From Cyanophora paradoxa CCMP329 (Eukaryota; Plantae; Glaucophyta), in contig QPMI01000511.1 of the NCBI GenBank assembly GCA_004431415.1, positions 1-64,000 on the forward strand: 64,000 nucleotides of DNA, written 5' to 3'. This document shows positions 34,701 through 47,382 of the stretch, piece by piece (within the stretch, counting starts at the first letter, position 1; the number at the start of each line of letters is the position of its first letter). Under the pieces are notes generated by a model. The model made no database searches. It saw nothing but the letters and a program-made list of their open reading frames with translations, and was not told the origin of the DNA. The position numbers were made by a program, and so were the translations under genes.

Positions 34701-35536
34701 CGAGAGCGACACCTCCAGCGCCTGCCCGCCCCGCCCCGCGGCGCGACCCCGGCGCGTCAGGCGCGCCCCGCCGGCCGCGGCGAGGCGGCGGGGCGCACGC
34801 GGCCGGCGACGAGGAGCGGGTTGGCGGCGGCGAAGGCGGCGATGCGCTCCGCGTCGTACCGCTCCGGGTCCGCGCTCAGCTGGGGCGGGGGTGAGGCGGG
34901 GAGGGCGCGGAGCGGCGGCGGGCGGCGGGGCACCTTGCCGCCGCGGGAGAAGGGCTTCCCCGCGAACGAGAGGAGGGCGATGGCGCCGGCGACGGCGGCG
35001 AGCGGCACGTCCTCGAACTGCGCCGCCAGCGCCGACGCCTGCGACGCCAGCTCCGACGCGTCCATCCCGCCCGCGCCGCCCGCCGCCGCACTCGCCGCCG
35101 CCCCCGCCGCCGCGGCCGCGGCGAAGAGCGCCGGGGCGAAGCTGTGGAGCCGGGTCTCGGACGTCGAGGGCGTGCCCCGCAGCGCCTCCTCAGCGTTCTT
35201 CAGAGCCTCCGATGTCCTTTGGAGGAGCTCCTCCCACCCGAGCGACGCGCTCGGAACCGCCGGGCCGACTGCCCGCTTGGATACGCGCCGGGTCGAGGGA
35301 TGACGCGCGGGGCCGAAGCTCGGCCGCTGAATACTGAACTCCGCGCGCTTGAATCGCCGGTGCACAGCTTGCGGGACGCTGGCCGGACCGGCGCGGATCG
35401 CACTGCGAGCGCGTGCACCAGCCGGAACCGGCCGGGCGAGGCTCAAGGGCGACGCGGGAGCGACGAAGGCCTGCAGCGTCGGGGCCTGTGACCGAGAAGG
35501 CCGCTCCGGCCGCGAGTCCGGCGCGGCCGGCTGCAT
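31702..35536 (-). CDS. ABC1/UbiB atypical kinase, cyanobacterial type, probably plastid-targeted
   Basis: GPTYIKLGQ.LSCRPDL, PVAAASLGQVY, VALKVQRP, ELDYVLEAANA, LVLEWIDG, FHADPHPGN, YIDFGMM, YPFRVPAEFALVIRSL, LFKDGRFQWGRLENL. 3' end approximate. Confidence 0.88.
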
Positions 35537-36101
35537 GCTTACGAGGCCGGGGGAACCGAGATTATAAGGTCACTTGCCTATGCCGCCCGTCAATACCGCT
35601 AGCGCTGCGCTTGTGCTATCCGGATCCGTGCTTCGGCCGCTGCTGAGACGCACGCACGCGCGCGGGCGTGCAAGGTTTCGACGGGGGGTACACTCACGAA
35701 AGAGAATTCACGGTATGCGCATGCGCAGCCGGCCTGTCGATATCCGCGGCTCAAGCAGCGCGCGGCCGAGGCGGCCAGTGGCCACTCGAGTTCGCGGCGC
35801 TGGCCGATCGCGAGGCGAGCATTTCCGATCCGAGGCGGCTGTGCATGCACGTGGACGCCGAGTTTGTTCAGCCTGGCGGGTGCAAAACTGAAGACCAGTA
35901 TTTGTACCCAGTATACGTATCTGCATACTAGCTACGCTAGCGCTGCAATAGATGATCAGTACTGAGAATCAGTGACAAACCACTGACGGAGACCGCTAGC
36001 TACGCAATAGGTGACTACCACTGACTAGTAGTGAGCGAGAGAGAAAGGGCGTCTGCGTCGCCGAGAGATTAGAGAGCTAGAAAAAAGAGACAGTATGCGT
36101 G

Positions 36102-36649
36102 TTATGCGCGGGGCTCGAGCTCCGCCCGCTCGCCCGAAGCAGCTGCCGCGTCCGCGACAGCGATGTGCGGGTGGAGCGATGCCGAGTACCTCCAGAGCTC
36201 AGGCTCGCCATGCGCCTGCTCCAAGCAACCCCTGCGCAGCATCGGTCACGCGCAGAACCAGGAGCGGCGCGCCTTCGAGGCGCCGACCGGAGGAAGCCGC
36301 TGCGTCGTCGATCAGCAGGCGCTGCGTTGCCCGGAGAGCATACGTGGCGCACCCGATGCCCAGGATGCCGGCAAAGAAGAGGCCGCCCTTGAAAGCACGC
36401 GGCAAGACGTTCCTGGTGATGTGCCCGGCCGCCGACTGGTTTCTCGACCTCATCGAGGCGCCTCCGGTAAGGATGCCCATGGTAGCGCCCGCCTGCGGAT
36501 GCGGCGATCGGACGCGGAGGCGCCGGAGGGAGAGACGCGCATCGGTGACGAATGAGAGAGAGGCGCCGCACCACCCCGCCCATCGCGGCACCCATGCCGA
36601 CGTTGCGCATACAGTTCTCCGCCTTCCGGCGGTTTGCGGCGTACGACAT
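36102..36649 (-). CDS. Romo1/Mgr2-like mitochondrial inner-membrane protein
   Basis: CMRNVGMGAAMGGVV-GATMGILTGG and GGLFFAGILGIGGFLR follow the Gly-rich Romo1/Mgr2 pattern; four exons inferred. Confidence 0.7.
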
Positions 36650-36980
36650 GCCGGAGCGCGGAGTCGCACTGAAGTCCCGCAGGCAGCAGTCGCTGCAGTC
36701 CGCTCAGGCGGGTACAGGGCAACAAGAGGATGGTGGTGAGCACCCGGCCCTCCTAGCGCTCCCATGCGTCTTCCGCGGCACCCGTTAGAGCCTGGAAACG
36801 TATCCCGCGCACTCTAAGCTTTCCGCCCGCCCAACGCCATCTCCATGATCTCCGACCGGCGGCCCTGCGGGCCTTCGCTCCGCTTTCCGTCGCTGATCGT
36901 TCGTTCCGCCTCGTGTGCTCCCGTGAATCGCGCAGCTTCAACTCAAGGTCCTGCCTACGGTGCGAAGATTCTTGCAGGCG

Positions 36981-37470
36981 ATGCCGCCCCAGACGCGCCG
37001 CGCGACCGGGCAGCGGCCGGATTCTCTAGTACGCCTTCGATCGCTAATCGAGAGCATACGGACGCAGTATGGGGTCGGCATCGAGAAGCAGTGGAACCTG
37101 GACAACACAACGACGCTTGTCGTCGGCGGCGAAGGCCTGTTCAACGGGCAGTCCCAATTGCGGGTGGAAGTGAACAAGCGATACCTGCCGACGGGGACGA
37201 CCATCCGGTTACAGCTGCAGCCGTCGCAGAGCGTCGGCGTGGAGAAGTCTTTCAAGATCAACGAGAACACCGACATGACCATCGGCGGCGACGCGATGCT
37301 CAGCGGCAAGTCGAGCGTGCGGCTTGCCTTCCAGCGGAAGATCTCCTTCGACACGGGCCTTTTCGAGGACTGGTGCGCCGCCGCCTCTGCTCCCCTCCGC
37401 CCCACTCCTCTTCGCCTCGCCCGCTCGTTGCTGCCGCATCTGACGCGTTCGGGTGCGCAGGGTCGTATGA
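36981..37470 (+). CDS. Small uncharacterised beta-strand-rich protein with an internal two-fold repeat
   Basis: Coding-like frame 36981-37372, intron, then W-V-V-TGA at 37470; two 39-aa repeats with alternating hydrophobic pattern. An extra upstream exon is possible (acceptor-like TTGCAG at ~36977). Confidence 0.6.
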
Positions 37471-37577
37471 TGGCGGCGGAGGCATGCAGCAGAAAGCCCA
37501 CTAGCTAGGATCACGGCGTGTGTCTTAATCAGAGCAGCAGTCTTTCATTCTCAGCGATGGCCCGGCGAGAGCGGGCG

Positions 37578-40500
37578 TCACAGGAAGGGGGCGACGAGCC
37601 TCAGGAGCACGCGCCGGCGGGCGCGGCGGAGGGCGTCGACGGCGGTGCGCAGGACGGGCGGGAAGCGCCGGACGACGCCCGGCCCGGAGGAGAGCACGTG
37701 CTCCTCCAGCTCGCGCATCGGGTACTGCCGCCGCCGCCCGCCCCCCACCCCGCTCAGCCGGCGCGCCGGGCGCCGGGCGGGGCGGTGCGGGCAGTCGGAG
37801 GCGTGCCTGGACGAGGTGGGACGGGCACCCGGGGCCGTGGGCGTGCCCGCCTTCCGCCTGCGGGCCGCGCGGGGCGGCGTCAAGCGGGGCGGCGGGGGCG
37901 CAAGGGGCGGGAGAGGGAAGCGGGGCGCGCGGCGGGGGCGGCGGGGCAGTGGAGCAGGTCGGGGAAGAGGGCGCGGAAGGCCTGCGGGGCCGGCTCGCTT
38001 GCGGCTGCGCGGCGCGAAGCCGCCGGGCGGGCAGCGGGGGCGAGATCTAGAGATGAAGCAGCGCACCTCCGTGTTCCTCCGCGCTGCCCGGCGTTAGTCG
38101 GCTGGGCGAGGGGCCCGCGAGGCGGGCGGGGCCGCACCGGCGGCGTTCCAGGCGTCGAAGGCGGCCTCGGAGGCGGGGTCCCGCAGCTCGGGCGGGAGGG
38201 GCCCGGGCCCCGCTGGGAGGCCCAGGTGCTCCCGCCACAGCGCGCACCGCAGCCCGTGCGCGAACCCGCGCGCCGCGTCACGCGGGGCGGGGGAGGGAGG
38301 GGCGGGGAGCGGGGGCACTTGGCGGCGGGGAAGGGCCGGCCGCCGAGGAGGGAGGGGACCTTGGCGGCGTCCCCGACCGCCACGCACGTCTACCCCCCCC
38401 GTCCCTGAGGCGGCGGGGCGGGGCTCGGGGGGCGAGGGGGCGGGGCGGGCCTCGGAGTCGTGGCGGGCGGCGAGGGAGCGCTCGTTGAGGTTGGCGCTCC
38501 CCACCAGCGCCAGCTCGTCGTCCACCACCATCAACTGTTTTGCCCCGCCCCTCAGGCCCCGCCCCGCCCCCGCCCCCGCCCCCGCCCCGGCTGCTCCGGA
38601 AGGAGGAGGAGGGGCCGGTGACCTTGGCGTGGACGTAGACCTGGGCGGGGCGGGGCGTCGGGCCGAGGGGAGGGCGGGGCGGGGCGGGCCGAGGGCTGCC
38701 TTGGTGGAGACGTGGCGCCCGCCGACGAGGCCGCAGGTCCGCAGCGAGCAGACGGAGAGGTACCTGCGGCGCCGCCATCGGGGCGGGGCCGGCGCGGGCT
38801 GGAGGCTGGAGGCCGGGGCAGGGGACCGGGCGACGTCGGCGGCGGGGCGGCGGGCGCGGATGGCGGCGACGACGGAGCCCTCGCCGCGCCCCAGCGAGCG
38901 GTGCTGCCGCCCGCCCCTCGGCCCCGCGCGAGCCTGCAGGCCTCGCGCGAGCGGGGGCGGGGGCGGGGCGGGCCTGCCAGGCGATGAGGGCCTCGTTGGA
39001 GAGGGCGCGGGCCCCCTCCTCGGGCGTCTCCGGCAGCACCTGCCCCGCAGGCCACTCGAAGGGGGAGGGCGGGAGGAGGGCGCGAGAAGCACCAGGTAGA
39101 CGCGGAAGGGCTGCCCGCTGCGTGGCGCGCACGCGCCCGCCGGTCACGACCGCAGCACGCGAAATGCGGGCGCAGGCGGCGCGGCGCGCCTGTCGAAGGC
39201 CCGGCAGACGCGCTCGACGATGGCGGCCGCGACCTGCCGCGGGGCGCTCAGCCGTCGGATCCCCCCGCGAGGGCGGCGCGGGCGGCACGCACGCGGTTGC
39301 CTAGAGCCTCGCGGTCCATTGGGTCGTGGTCCCTGCGGCCCGCCCGGCGGCAGGACGGCGCTCAGGCCGGCGCTCCCACGCGCAGCCCCGCCCCTCCGAC
39401 CTGTGCCCCGTCGACGAGATGAAGAACTGCGGCGATAGGCGCAGCGGGTGGGCGAAGTGCGGAAGGAGCGCTGGCGCCGGCGGGAATCGAGCCTGGTTCT
39501 CGATGTAGACGAAGTGGCGGGCGCCCTCGATGGCCCGCACGTACGCCTCGTGGATCGACCTGCGCCGACTTCGCGTCTGAGTTCTCCGAGGCTTCTGACG
39601 GGGCCGCAGGGCGCCGCCCCCGCCACGCTTTCCAGAGGACGGCGGGCAAGACGCACCGCTCGGCGCGGGCGCCGGCGCCGGCAACCCACTCGGGAAGCGT
39701 CCGGAGCACCTGGGGGCCAGTTCAGGCCAGGAAGAACAGGGATAAGACTGGGCGATCGGGCTGCGTGCCTGGACGATGCAGGTACCCTGCGGGCGCGGCG
39801 AAGGGGGCAGGGCCTCCGCCGGGAGGGATACGACGAAAGGCAGGCGGCGGCGGGCCGCCCGCAGCTCGCAGAACCCGTTCCACGCCTGCGGTGCACTCGG
39901 TTTCCAAGCCTCGGAGAGCGCTCAAAGAGAGGCGGCGGGCCTGGGCGAATCGGTGGGCGACGTCCCGCGCCGCGGCGCCGTCCACCCGCGCCCCGCTGCG
40001 CGCACGTCGCGTTGGCCGGGCAGGAGAGAGGCGGAGGGGCGCGGGCCGCGCTCGCCAGTCGTGCCAGGGGAGGCGGGGCAGCGCCTCGCGGTCGAGGCCG
40101 TCGACCAGCAGCTCCTCCCCCTCCGGCATCCCGATCTCGGCGTGCATGTAGTCCTTCCCTGGAGCACTCGGAGCTTCAGGAGGCGCGGGCCGGGGCTGGG
40201 GGTGCATGGGGGGCTGGAGGGCGCGCGGACCGGCCCAGGTGCTGCCGGTGGGGTCTGCGACGAGGTGCTGCGGGGGCCCCACGCGTGGGCGTCGGCGCGA
40301 GCGGGCCGCCCGGCGAGGCCTAGAGGCTCAGGCGGGCAGGCGGGCAGGCAGGCGGGCGGGCGGGCGCCTCCGGGGTATCGTAGCGGCCGAGGCAGAGGTC
40401 TGCGCGGGCGCCGCCAGTCGAGGGGCAGAGCAAGGCGGCCGCCGGTCCGGTGCGGACCGATGCCGGAGACGAAGGCAGTGTCCTGGTCCGTCACGACGAG

Positions 40501-42260
40501 CTGCGAAGGCCGCGTCATTCCCGGGCCCCGCGGAGAGGGCGCCGCGTGCGCCCCGCCGACCTTATCGTGCAGCGCGAAGCGGAGGACGCGCGTATACCGG
40601 ATCTTGGGGGCCTGCAGCGCCGGGGCCGGCAGAGGGTCGGGCGGGGGCGTCGCGGTCGAGCGCGGGAGGCGGCCGGGGCGCCGCACCCTCAGCACGAAGA
40701 CGTTCCGGGGGTGGAGGCGCCGAAGAGCTTTAGCCGCCCGCCCGCTGAGGTGGTGCCTGCTCCGCCGCTCAAGGCAGGCCGCCCGCGCTGCGGCAGGCCT
40801 GGGCCTAGGACCAAGCCGCACTTGTACAGGGCGTCGCTCTGCGGCCGGTGCGGGGTCGACGCAGCGTCTCCCGCGAGGAGCAGGAGGGGAGGGGGAGGGT
40901 TGCGCGCACGTTGTTCCAGACCAGCAGGAACACGCGGACGCCCTCCGCTGCCTTCTTCTCGAGGATCCTGGGGGTACCTCTCACAGGGGGCCGCGCGCTG
41001 GGCTAGCGCTGGGCGGGGGGCGGCGCCGCCGACCGGAGGAGCTGGGAGGAGGGTACCGGGCCCTCCGGCCCCCGCAAGAGGTACAGTTCCGGAGTGAACC
41101 TACGCAAGAGGGGGGGAGGAGGGGGGGGGGAGCGGCGGGAGGAAACGGGATGGAAAAGGGGGTACAACGATGAGGGGAGGGGGTACCACCAATCGCTGAG
41201 GAGGATCTCGCGCCGGGAGGCGAGCAGGGCGTCGTGCACGGCGGCGAAGTAGTCTGCAGCGGTTTCCGCTCAGAGAATTGAGCATCGGAATGGGATGCGC
41301 CGAAGCCGCCGCTCGCGCACCTTTGCCGTCCACAAACCTGCCGGCCGGCTGCGGGTGAGGCGCAGGAGGGCGGGGGCTGGGGAGCTGCGCGGCGCACGCA
41401 CCAGGCGGCGTTGATGCAGAGGCGGGGCGGGGAGAAGCAAAGGGCGTCGGGGGAGGGCTCCGGCTCCCCGCCCCCGTCCCACGCGGGGGCCGAAGGGGCC
41501 TGCGGCAAGATCGGCGCCGGCCGCGGGAAGGGGTCGAGGGGCGGGCGGGGACGGAGTCAAGCTCGAAGCTGGGTCGCGGGCCTCGGCTGCGGGCGCCCCA
41601 CGAGAGGACGGCGTGTCCCTGCAGCGCGCGCAGCGCGAGCGAGGGCCGCGGGACGGTCGCCACCACGCGGGGCTCCGCGCGCTGCGGACGTCAGGATCGA
41701 CGTTCAGCTTGCTTGCACTGCAGGGTTGGGACGGCCTGCTCTCACCGCGATGCGGGCGGCGATGCGTTGGACCCACACGTCGCGCTCATCGCGCGTCGCC
41801 GTGCTGAAGCGAAGACGCCCGACGCCGGCACGCGACGGCGGGGAGAGCAGCACGCCGGTCTCGCCCTGCGCCGCGACGCCCGCGCCGAGGAGGGAGACCG
41901 CACGGCGCGGCTCCTGCAAATTCGAAATGAGCGCCGCGCATCAGCAAGCCGCGCATATGATACCGCCGCGCATCAGCAAGCCGCGCATATGATACCGCTG
42001 CTTAATTCCAAACCTTCAAAGTCGTTGGGGTTGCGTAAACGGCGAGAGCGCCGTCACCGAGAACGAGCCACGCAGGCAATCGGCGGAGAGAGCGGGAAGA
42101 GCGGCGCGCGAGCAGGACGGCGCCCTCGACGAGCGCGGGAGGGCTCCCGAGCTGCTCGATGGCGCTCCCGTGCACCAGTGGGCCGCTGCCGCGCGGCATC
42201 GTCCTCCAGCTGAGGGTACCCCGCCGGCCCGCGGCCGGGAGGCGGCACGGACCTGCGCAT
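37578..42260 (-). CDS. Phospholipase D (PH domain + two HKD motifs)
   Basis: PH-like WLVLGDGALAVY...RDERDVWVQRI; FVDGK.YF, ILLSDW.FTPELYLLR; HKD1 HDKLVVTDQDTAFVSGIDLC; RLPWHD; HFVYIENQFFIS; HKD2 [26 protein letters not shown]. Start is 42260 or 42199. Confidence 0.88.
41932..41998. repeat. 32-bp tandem duplication inside a PLD intron
   Basis: CGCCGCGCATCAGCAAGCCGCGCATATGATAC occurs twice, exact. Confidence 0.9.
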
Positions 42261-42390
42261 GCGCGGCGGCTCCCACGAGCTGTCGCGCAGCTCTCTACAG
42301 CGTGTGTTGCTAGCCCACGGGCCCCGCCGGATGCCTCGGCTCGGCAATGCATATACAGTACGTGTACTCTAACTGCTCTGTGTAGCTCAG

Positions 42391-43755
42391 CTAACTCAGC
42401 TGGCGATGCGGGGCGGGCCGGGGCCCGGGGCGCGGCTGCACAGGGGCCGCCTTCCTTGCGCCCGCCAGCTGCGGCGGGGGCGAGGATCGCGGCTGCTCGC
42501 AGAAGACGGCCAGGCCGGCCCCGACGGGCGGCCGCGCCTGCCGCGCCTCCGGCTCGGCGCCGTTCTCCATCCCCGCCGCCTGCTCGCGCCGGTGAGGGGC
42601 CGCGCATGCGCTGCGGGCGCCGGCCCGGCGGCGCCCGGTGGCGCGCGCACCGCTGTCATGCGCGCGCGGCAGCGGCGGATGGCGTGTCCAATGTCGATCG
42701 CATTCTGCGGGCCGTGCGAATGAGGCGAGCGAAGCGCAGGAGGGGCAGACTCCACACCTGCTGCAGGCTCGCCAGATTCTTGTCCGCGAACCGCTGCGCG
42801 GTCGGCATGCGCCAGTCAGCGGGTGCTCGACGGGGCAGCAGGGGGCGGGAAGCGAGGACCAGGCACGCGGACTGCGTTTCGATTTCCTTCTTCAGGGACG
42901 CGACCTGGCTCTCGACCTCCTGCACCGTGCAGCGCGCTTCAGCGAGACGTCGAAGCACAGGCGCGCGGGGCGGACCTTCAGCGTACACCTGGCGCCCGAC
43001 AGCCCGGGGTCGATGATGTCCGGCGCGCGCCGCGGGGAGGCCGAAGAAGAATGGGGTGACCCGCCGCCGAAGAGCGGCCCTTGCGGCGCCGCCGCGCGCT
43101 TGAGGTGCCTCTGCACGGCGCTCGGGTGCCATCCCGACGCTGCGACGCTCTGCGCCTTGTCACTCGCTTCCCGCGCCTTGAACTCTTCGAGAAGCGCGGC
43201 GGCTCTGCGCCCCCAGGAATAAGGCCCTCGAAAGGAGGCGGCGGCCTCGAGCACGCGCCTCGTGTACAGCGCCTCCCGATGCCCGAGCTGCGATGAAAAT
43301 GACCAAAGCTGGCCAAAAGTCGATGAAGATATACGCACAAGCTTCACGGTTTCCGACCGCGCGGCCGCCTGGCGTCCGAGGCGGCCCTGAAGAAGGTGGT
43401 TGCTTTTCAAGAGGCCCTGCAGCTCGCTTTGCAGCTCGAGGGCGAGGCGTTTTCTATACAGAACACGCCACGGAACAGGGGACGCCGCCGCAGCACGCAT
43501 CTCGGCTGCAGGCGGCGTGCTGCTGCCTTCATTCGGGGTGTTCGGCGTGCTCAGAGCGGAAAGGGCCATGCCAGGAAAGTCGCGGAGTGCGACCTCCTTC
43601 CAGAGCTGCTCATCGTGCGCCTCGACAAGCTCGCGCAGTCGTCTACAGCTGGCGCTGACACGAGCGAGGTCGGGCCCCTTGAGGCTCGAAAGAACGTGCA
43701 CGAGTATCTCTGCTGGCAGGCCGAGCAGCGCCGAGTCCGCGGCTTCGGAGGCCAT
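42391..43755 (-). CDS. F-box protein with coiled-coil region
   Basis: LLGLPAEILVHVLSSLKGPDLARVSASCRRLRELV...LWKEVALRDF and WRVLY; later heptad-like VQEVESQVASLKKEIE; inferred last exon ends at TAG 42391. Confidence 0.75.
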
Positions 43756-44068
43756 CGGAAGATTAAGCCGCGTACCCCCTGAACCAACGACTCGGTTCCT
43801 TCCAGGCCTGCGAGCCGCGAGCGTATTCGAGCCGTTCTAGCTGACTGAGTTTGAGCTGAAGTGCGCCCGCGCCAGCGGGCAAGCGGAATGAAGTGTGAGC
43901 TGGCTACGCCCGGGTCCCGCCTGCGCTTTCCGAAGCCTCCTCTCACCGCTCTAAGCAGTCCTGGAGCTGTTCGGTTGCAAGCGGAGGCCGCGGACGGAGA
44001 CCGCGTTCGCCCCGCCCGCATCGAATGGGGCGGCCTCGCACCGCGGCCCGTCTGTCCCATCGCTCGAG

Positions 44069-47000
44069 ATGGTCATTCCTGCGGCGATTGCAGAAAAGGC
44101 GATGTTTGCGCTCATCGAGCTCCTCCGGGATGAGGGTGCTGCGCTCTCCCTCTCGTCGCGCCCGGTTCCCAGCTCACGCTTCGGGCCCCGGGCTTCATGC
44201 AGCTGCAAGCACGGAAGGCCTCTTCAAAGTCTCCGCTCCACCGCAGGACGTGTACCTTCTGAAGTCTGAGATCGAAACTGGTTCGGCCTGCCCGTCGCTC
44301 GCCTAGGCCTGCTTGCATGACGCGGGCACGCGGCGCAGAGCTCGCCCAAGTAGAGGCGGCGAAATCTCTTTTCTCCACGCCGCTGGCTTCGGGCAAGCAG
44401 CCGGAGCAGCCGTGGAAGAAGAAGGCTCTGGCGCAGCCGCACGCAGCGGCGAGCGTGCTGAAGGTCTACCTGTCGCAGCTTCCGGAGCCTCTCTTCACGT
44501 ACGAGAAGTACCAGATGCTCCTCAACACGCAAGGCGAGCCCGCCGCGCGGCGCGCGGGGGAACGCCCAGGTCTGATCGGCGGGCAGACCTGGGGACGGAG
44601 GACGAGCGGCTCGACGGGGTGCTCTCGGTGCTGGGCGAGCTGCCGGAGAAGAACAAGGCGCTGCTGGGGCGGCTCATGGCTCTCCTGCACGCCGTGAAGA
44701 GCGCGTCGCGGCGGAGCCACATGAGCAGCGGGACCCTCGCCGCCGTCTTCGCCCTCGAGGGGTACCTCCTCCGGCCCCGCGAGAACCCCTCCACGCCCCG
44801 GCCCTCCGGCACCGCGGTCCGCGCACCCTGCTGCTCCGGACCCTCGGGGCGCCGCCGCCGCCGAGCCGCGGGGGCCCGCAGGCGGTGGCGGACCCGCGGG
44901 AGGCGCGCCTGCTGCAGCTCATGATCGACAAGTTCCCCTCCATGTTCGAAGTGCGCACCGCCCGCCCCGCCCCGCCCCGCGCCCAGGGCCCGAGCGCCGG
45001 CCGCGCGGCCCGGGCGCAGAGCCCCCTGTCCCAGCCGAGCTCCCCCAAGCACCGCCGAAACCTCTCCTCCGCGTCCACGTCGATGGGCATCGCCCCCAGT
45101 GCGCCCCGCCGGCCCCGCGCCCCCTCGCGCCGCCGCCGACCGGCGGGGCGCCGCAGCGCTGCTCCTCACGCCGGAGGCGCGGCGGGCCTCCATATCGCCC
45201 AAGGCGGCGCGCGCCGCGCAGGACTCGGCGGCGCAGGCCGGCGAGGAACCACAGCCGGCGCCGGCCCACGCCGACCACGCCTGGGACGGCCCCGCCGACG
45301 GTGCGCCGGCCCCCTCGGCCGCGCCCGGGCGCCGCCGCCGACCGCCGGGGGCCGCAGGGCGCGAGGACGGGCACCCGCCCACGCAGCCGCCGGACGGGTA
45401 CGATCCGAACAGCTACTACACGCAGGGCGAGGGCGGGTACGGCTACGCGGAGGGCGAGTGGGACGGGGCGAACGGGCACGGGCACGGGGGGTACGGAGGG
45501 GAGGGCCACGGGTACGACGGCGCGTACCACGGCATGGCGGAGCAGGACGGCATCGAGGGCGAGTCGGGATCCGTCCGGTGCGCGGGGCGGGCGGCAGGCG
45601 GGCGGGCAGGCCCGGGGTGGGGCGGGCCCTGACGTCGTGGCAGGGAGTTCCCCGGACGGGAGGGGGGGCAGTACGCGGACTACTACGACGTAGACGCGCC
45701 GGAGGCGGGGCGGCGGGGCACGCGAACCCGTTCTTCGGGAGGGCGCCGACGCCGCCGTCAACGCGAGCCTGGACCGCGCGAGCCTGCGCAGCCGCGCCAC
45801 CGGCACCGACGGCTTCGGCTCCCCCGGCGGGCCCAGCGTGCCCCACTGCTCGGTCAACCTCGTGCTGCTCGCGCGGGCCGCGGAGCGCGAGCGGCGGGCG
45901 GCGCGGGCGGCGGCGGCGGGGGCCGGCGGGGGGCCTCGGCTTCGGGGTGGGAGCAGCGGACGCAGGACGGGGACGGGAGCCTGCGGATGTGGGACACGGA
46001 GACGCGGGACGCCTCCGTGGCCTCCGCGGCCGCCCCGGACGCCGCGCTGCCCCTCAAGCGCCGCACCCGCCGCAGCCGCTCCCGCCGCCGCCGCGGCGCC
46101 GGCGGGCGGCGCAGCGACCACGAGCGGTGCGCGGGCGGGGGCGGGGGACGCGCTTCCGGCTGACCAGCGCGCGCCTCGCCTTGTCCGCCGGCAGGTCGCA
46201 GCCGCCGGCGTCGCCGGACAACGTCGTGCGGATCCTGGGGCTCCCCGAGATCCGCGTGCCGGCCATCACGAACAAGATCCGGCAGAACGAGGCCCTCTGG
46301 CGGGCCGTCCGGCGAGCCCTGGCGGAGCGCGAGGCGCGGCGGCAGCGGCGGCGGGGCGCGGGGGCGAGCCCCTCGCGCCGCCACGGGGCGGCGTCGACGA
46401 GAGCCTCGAGCTGCAGGAGGCCCAGGTGCCCGCCACGCCGCGCGCCCCGGCGGGGCCCGAGCGAGCGGGGGCGCGCAGGACGTGTTCGAGGGGATCCTAG
46501 AGGGGCTGGGCGACCCCGGGGCGCTCCCCTCGGCGGGGGCCTTCGCGGGGGCGGCGGGCGGGCGGCGCGGGCGCACTCGAGCTCGCCGGCGCGGCGGGGC
46601 CTGGAGGAGGGGCGGCTGGAGGAGCGGCTGCGGGCGCTGAAGGAGGAGACGGAGCGGGAGGCGGGGCGCTTCGGGTACCGCCGGCGCGCCGACGACCCCG
46701 CCCGGGGCCTCTCGCAGCGCCTCGAGGACGCCCTCTGGGCCGCCATCCGCGACTGGCACGACAAGGGGCCCCCGCCGCCGTCCGCCCCGCCCCCCTCCCC
46801 TCGCCCCGCGCAGCGCGGCTGAGGGGCTGGCGGGGCCAGGACGCGCGGGTGGCGGTCGCGAGGGCGGTGCGGCTCTTCCCGGCGCTGGAGCCGCCGGACC
46901 GGGCGCACGCGCTCCTCTCCGTCCTCTGCGCCCTCCAGGCCGAGCGCGCCCGCCTCATGCCCGCCAGCCCCGACCAGTCGGTCCGCGCCCCTCCCGCGCC

Positions 47001-47382
47001 GCCCCTCCCGCCCCATCTCCCCTCACGGGCCCCGGGGCGCCAGTTCGCGAGCTACGAGTCGCCGCGCGCCCGGGGCGCCGCCGCAGGGGACCGCGAGGGC
47101 GGCCTCGTGCCCGTCTCCGGCCTCAGGGAGGAGGACATTGCCGCCGTGCGCCCCCGTGTACCCCCGGAGGAACGCGTACCCCTGACTCGCCCGCCCCCGC
47201 AGATCGTTCCGATCCTCAAGGGCCACCTCACTGTGGTCGAGATGGCGGCGGACGGCCCGCCGGCGCTGCCCCGCCTGGGGGCGCCCAGGGGCCGGGGGAG
47301 GAGCCCGCCAAAGCAGCCGCAGAGCGCCCCCCGGGGGAGCCCCCCGCGGGGGGCGCGGAGCCCGCCGAAGAACAGGATATGA
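44069..47382 (+). CDS. RhoGAP-domain protein with long low-complexity C-terminus
   Basis: TEGLFKVSA, HAAASVLKVYLSQLPEPLFTYEKY, LPEKNKALLGRLMALL, MSSGTLAAVFA...LLRP, LMIDKFPSMF. Confidence 0.8.
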
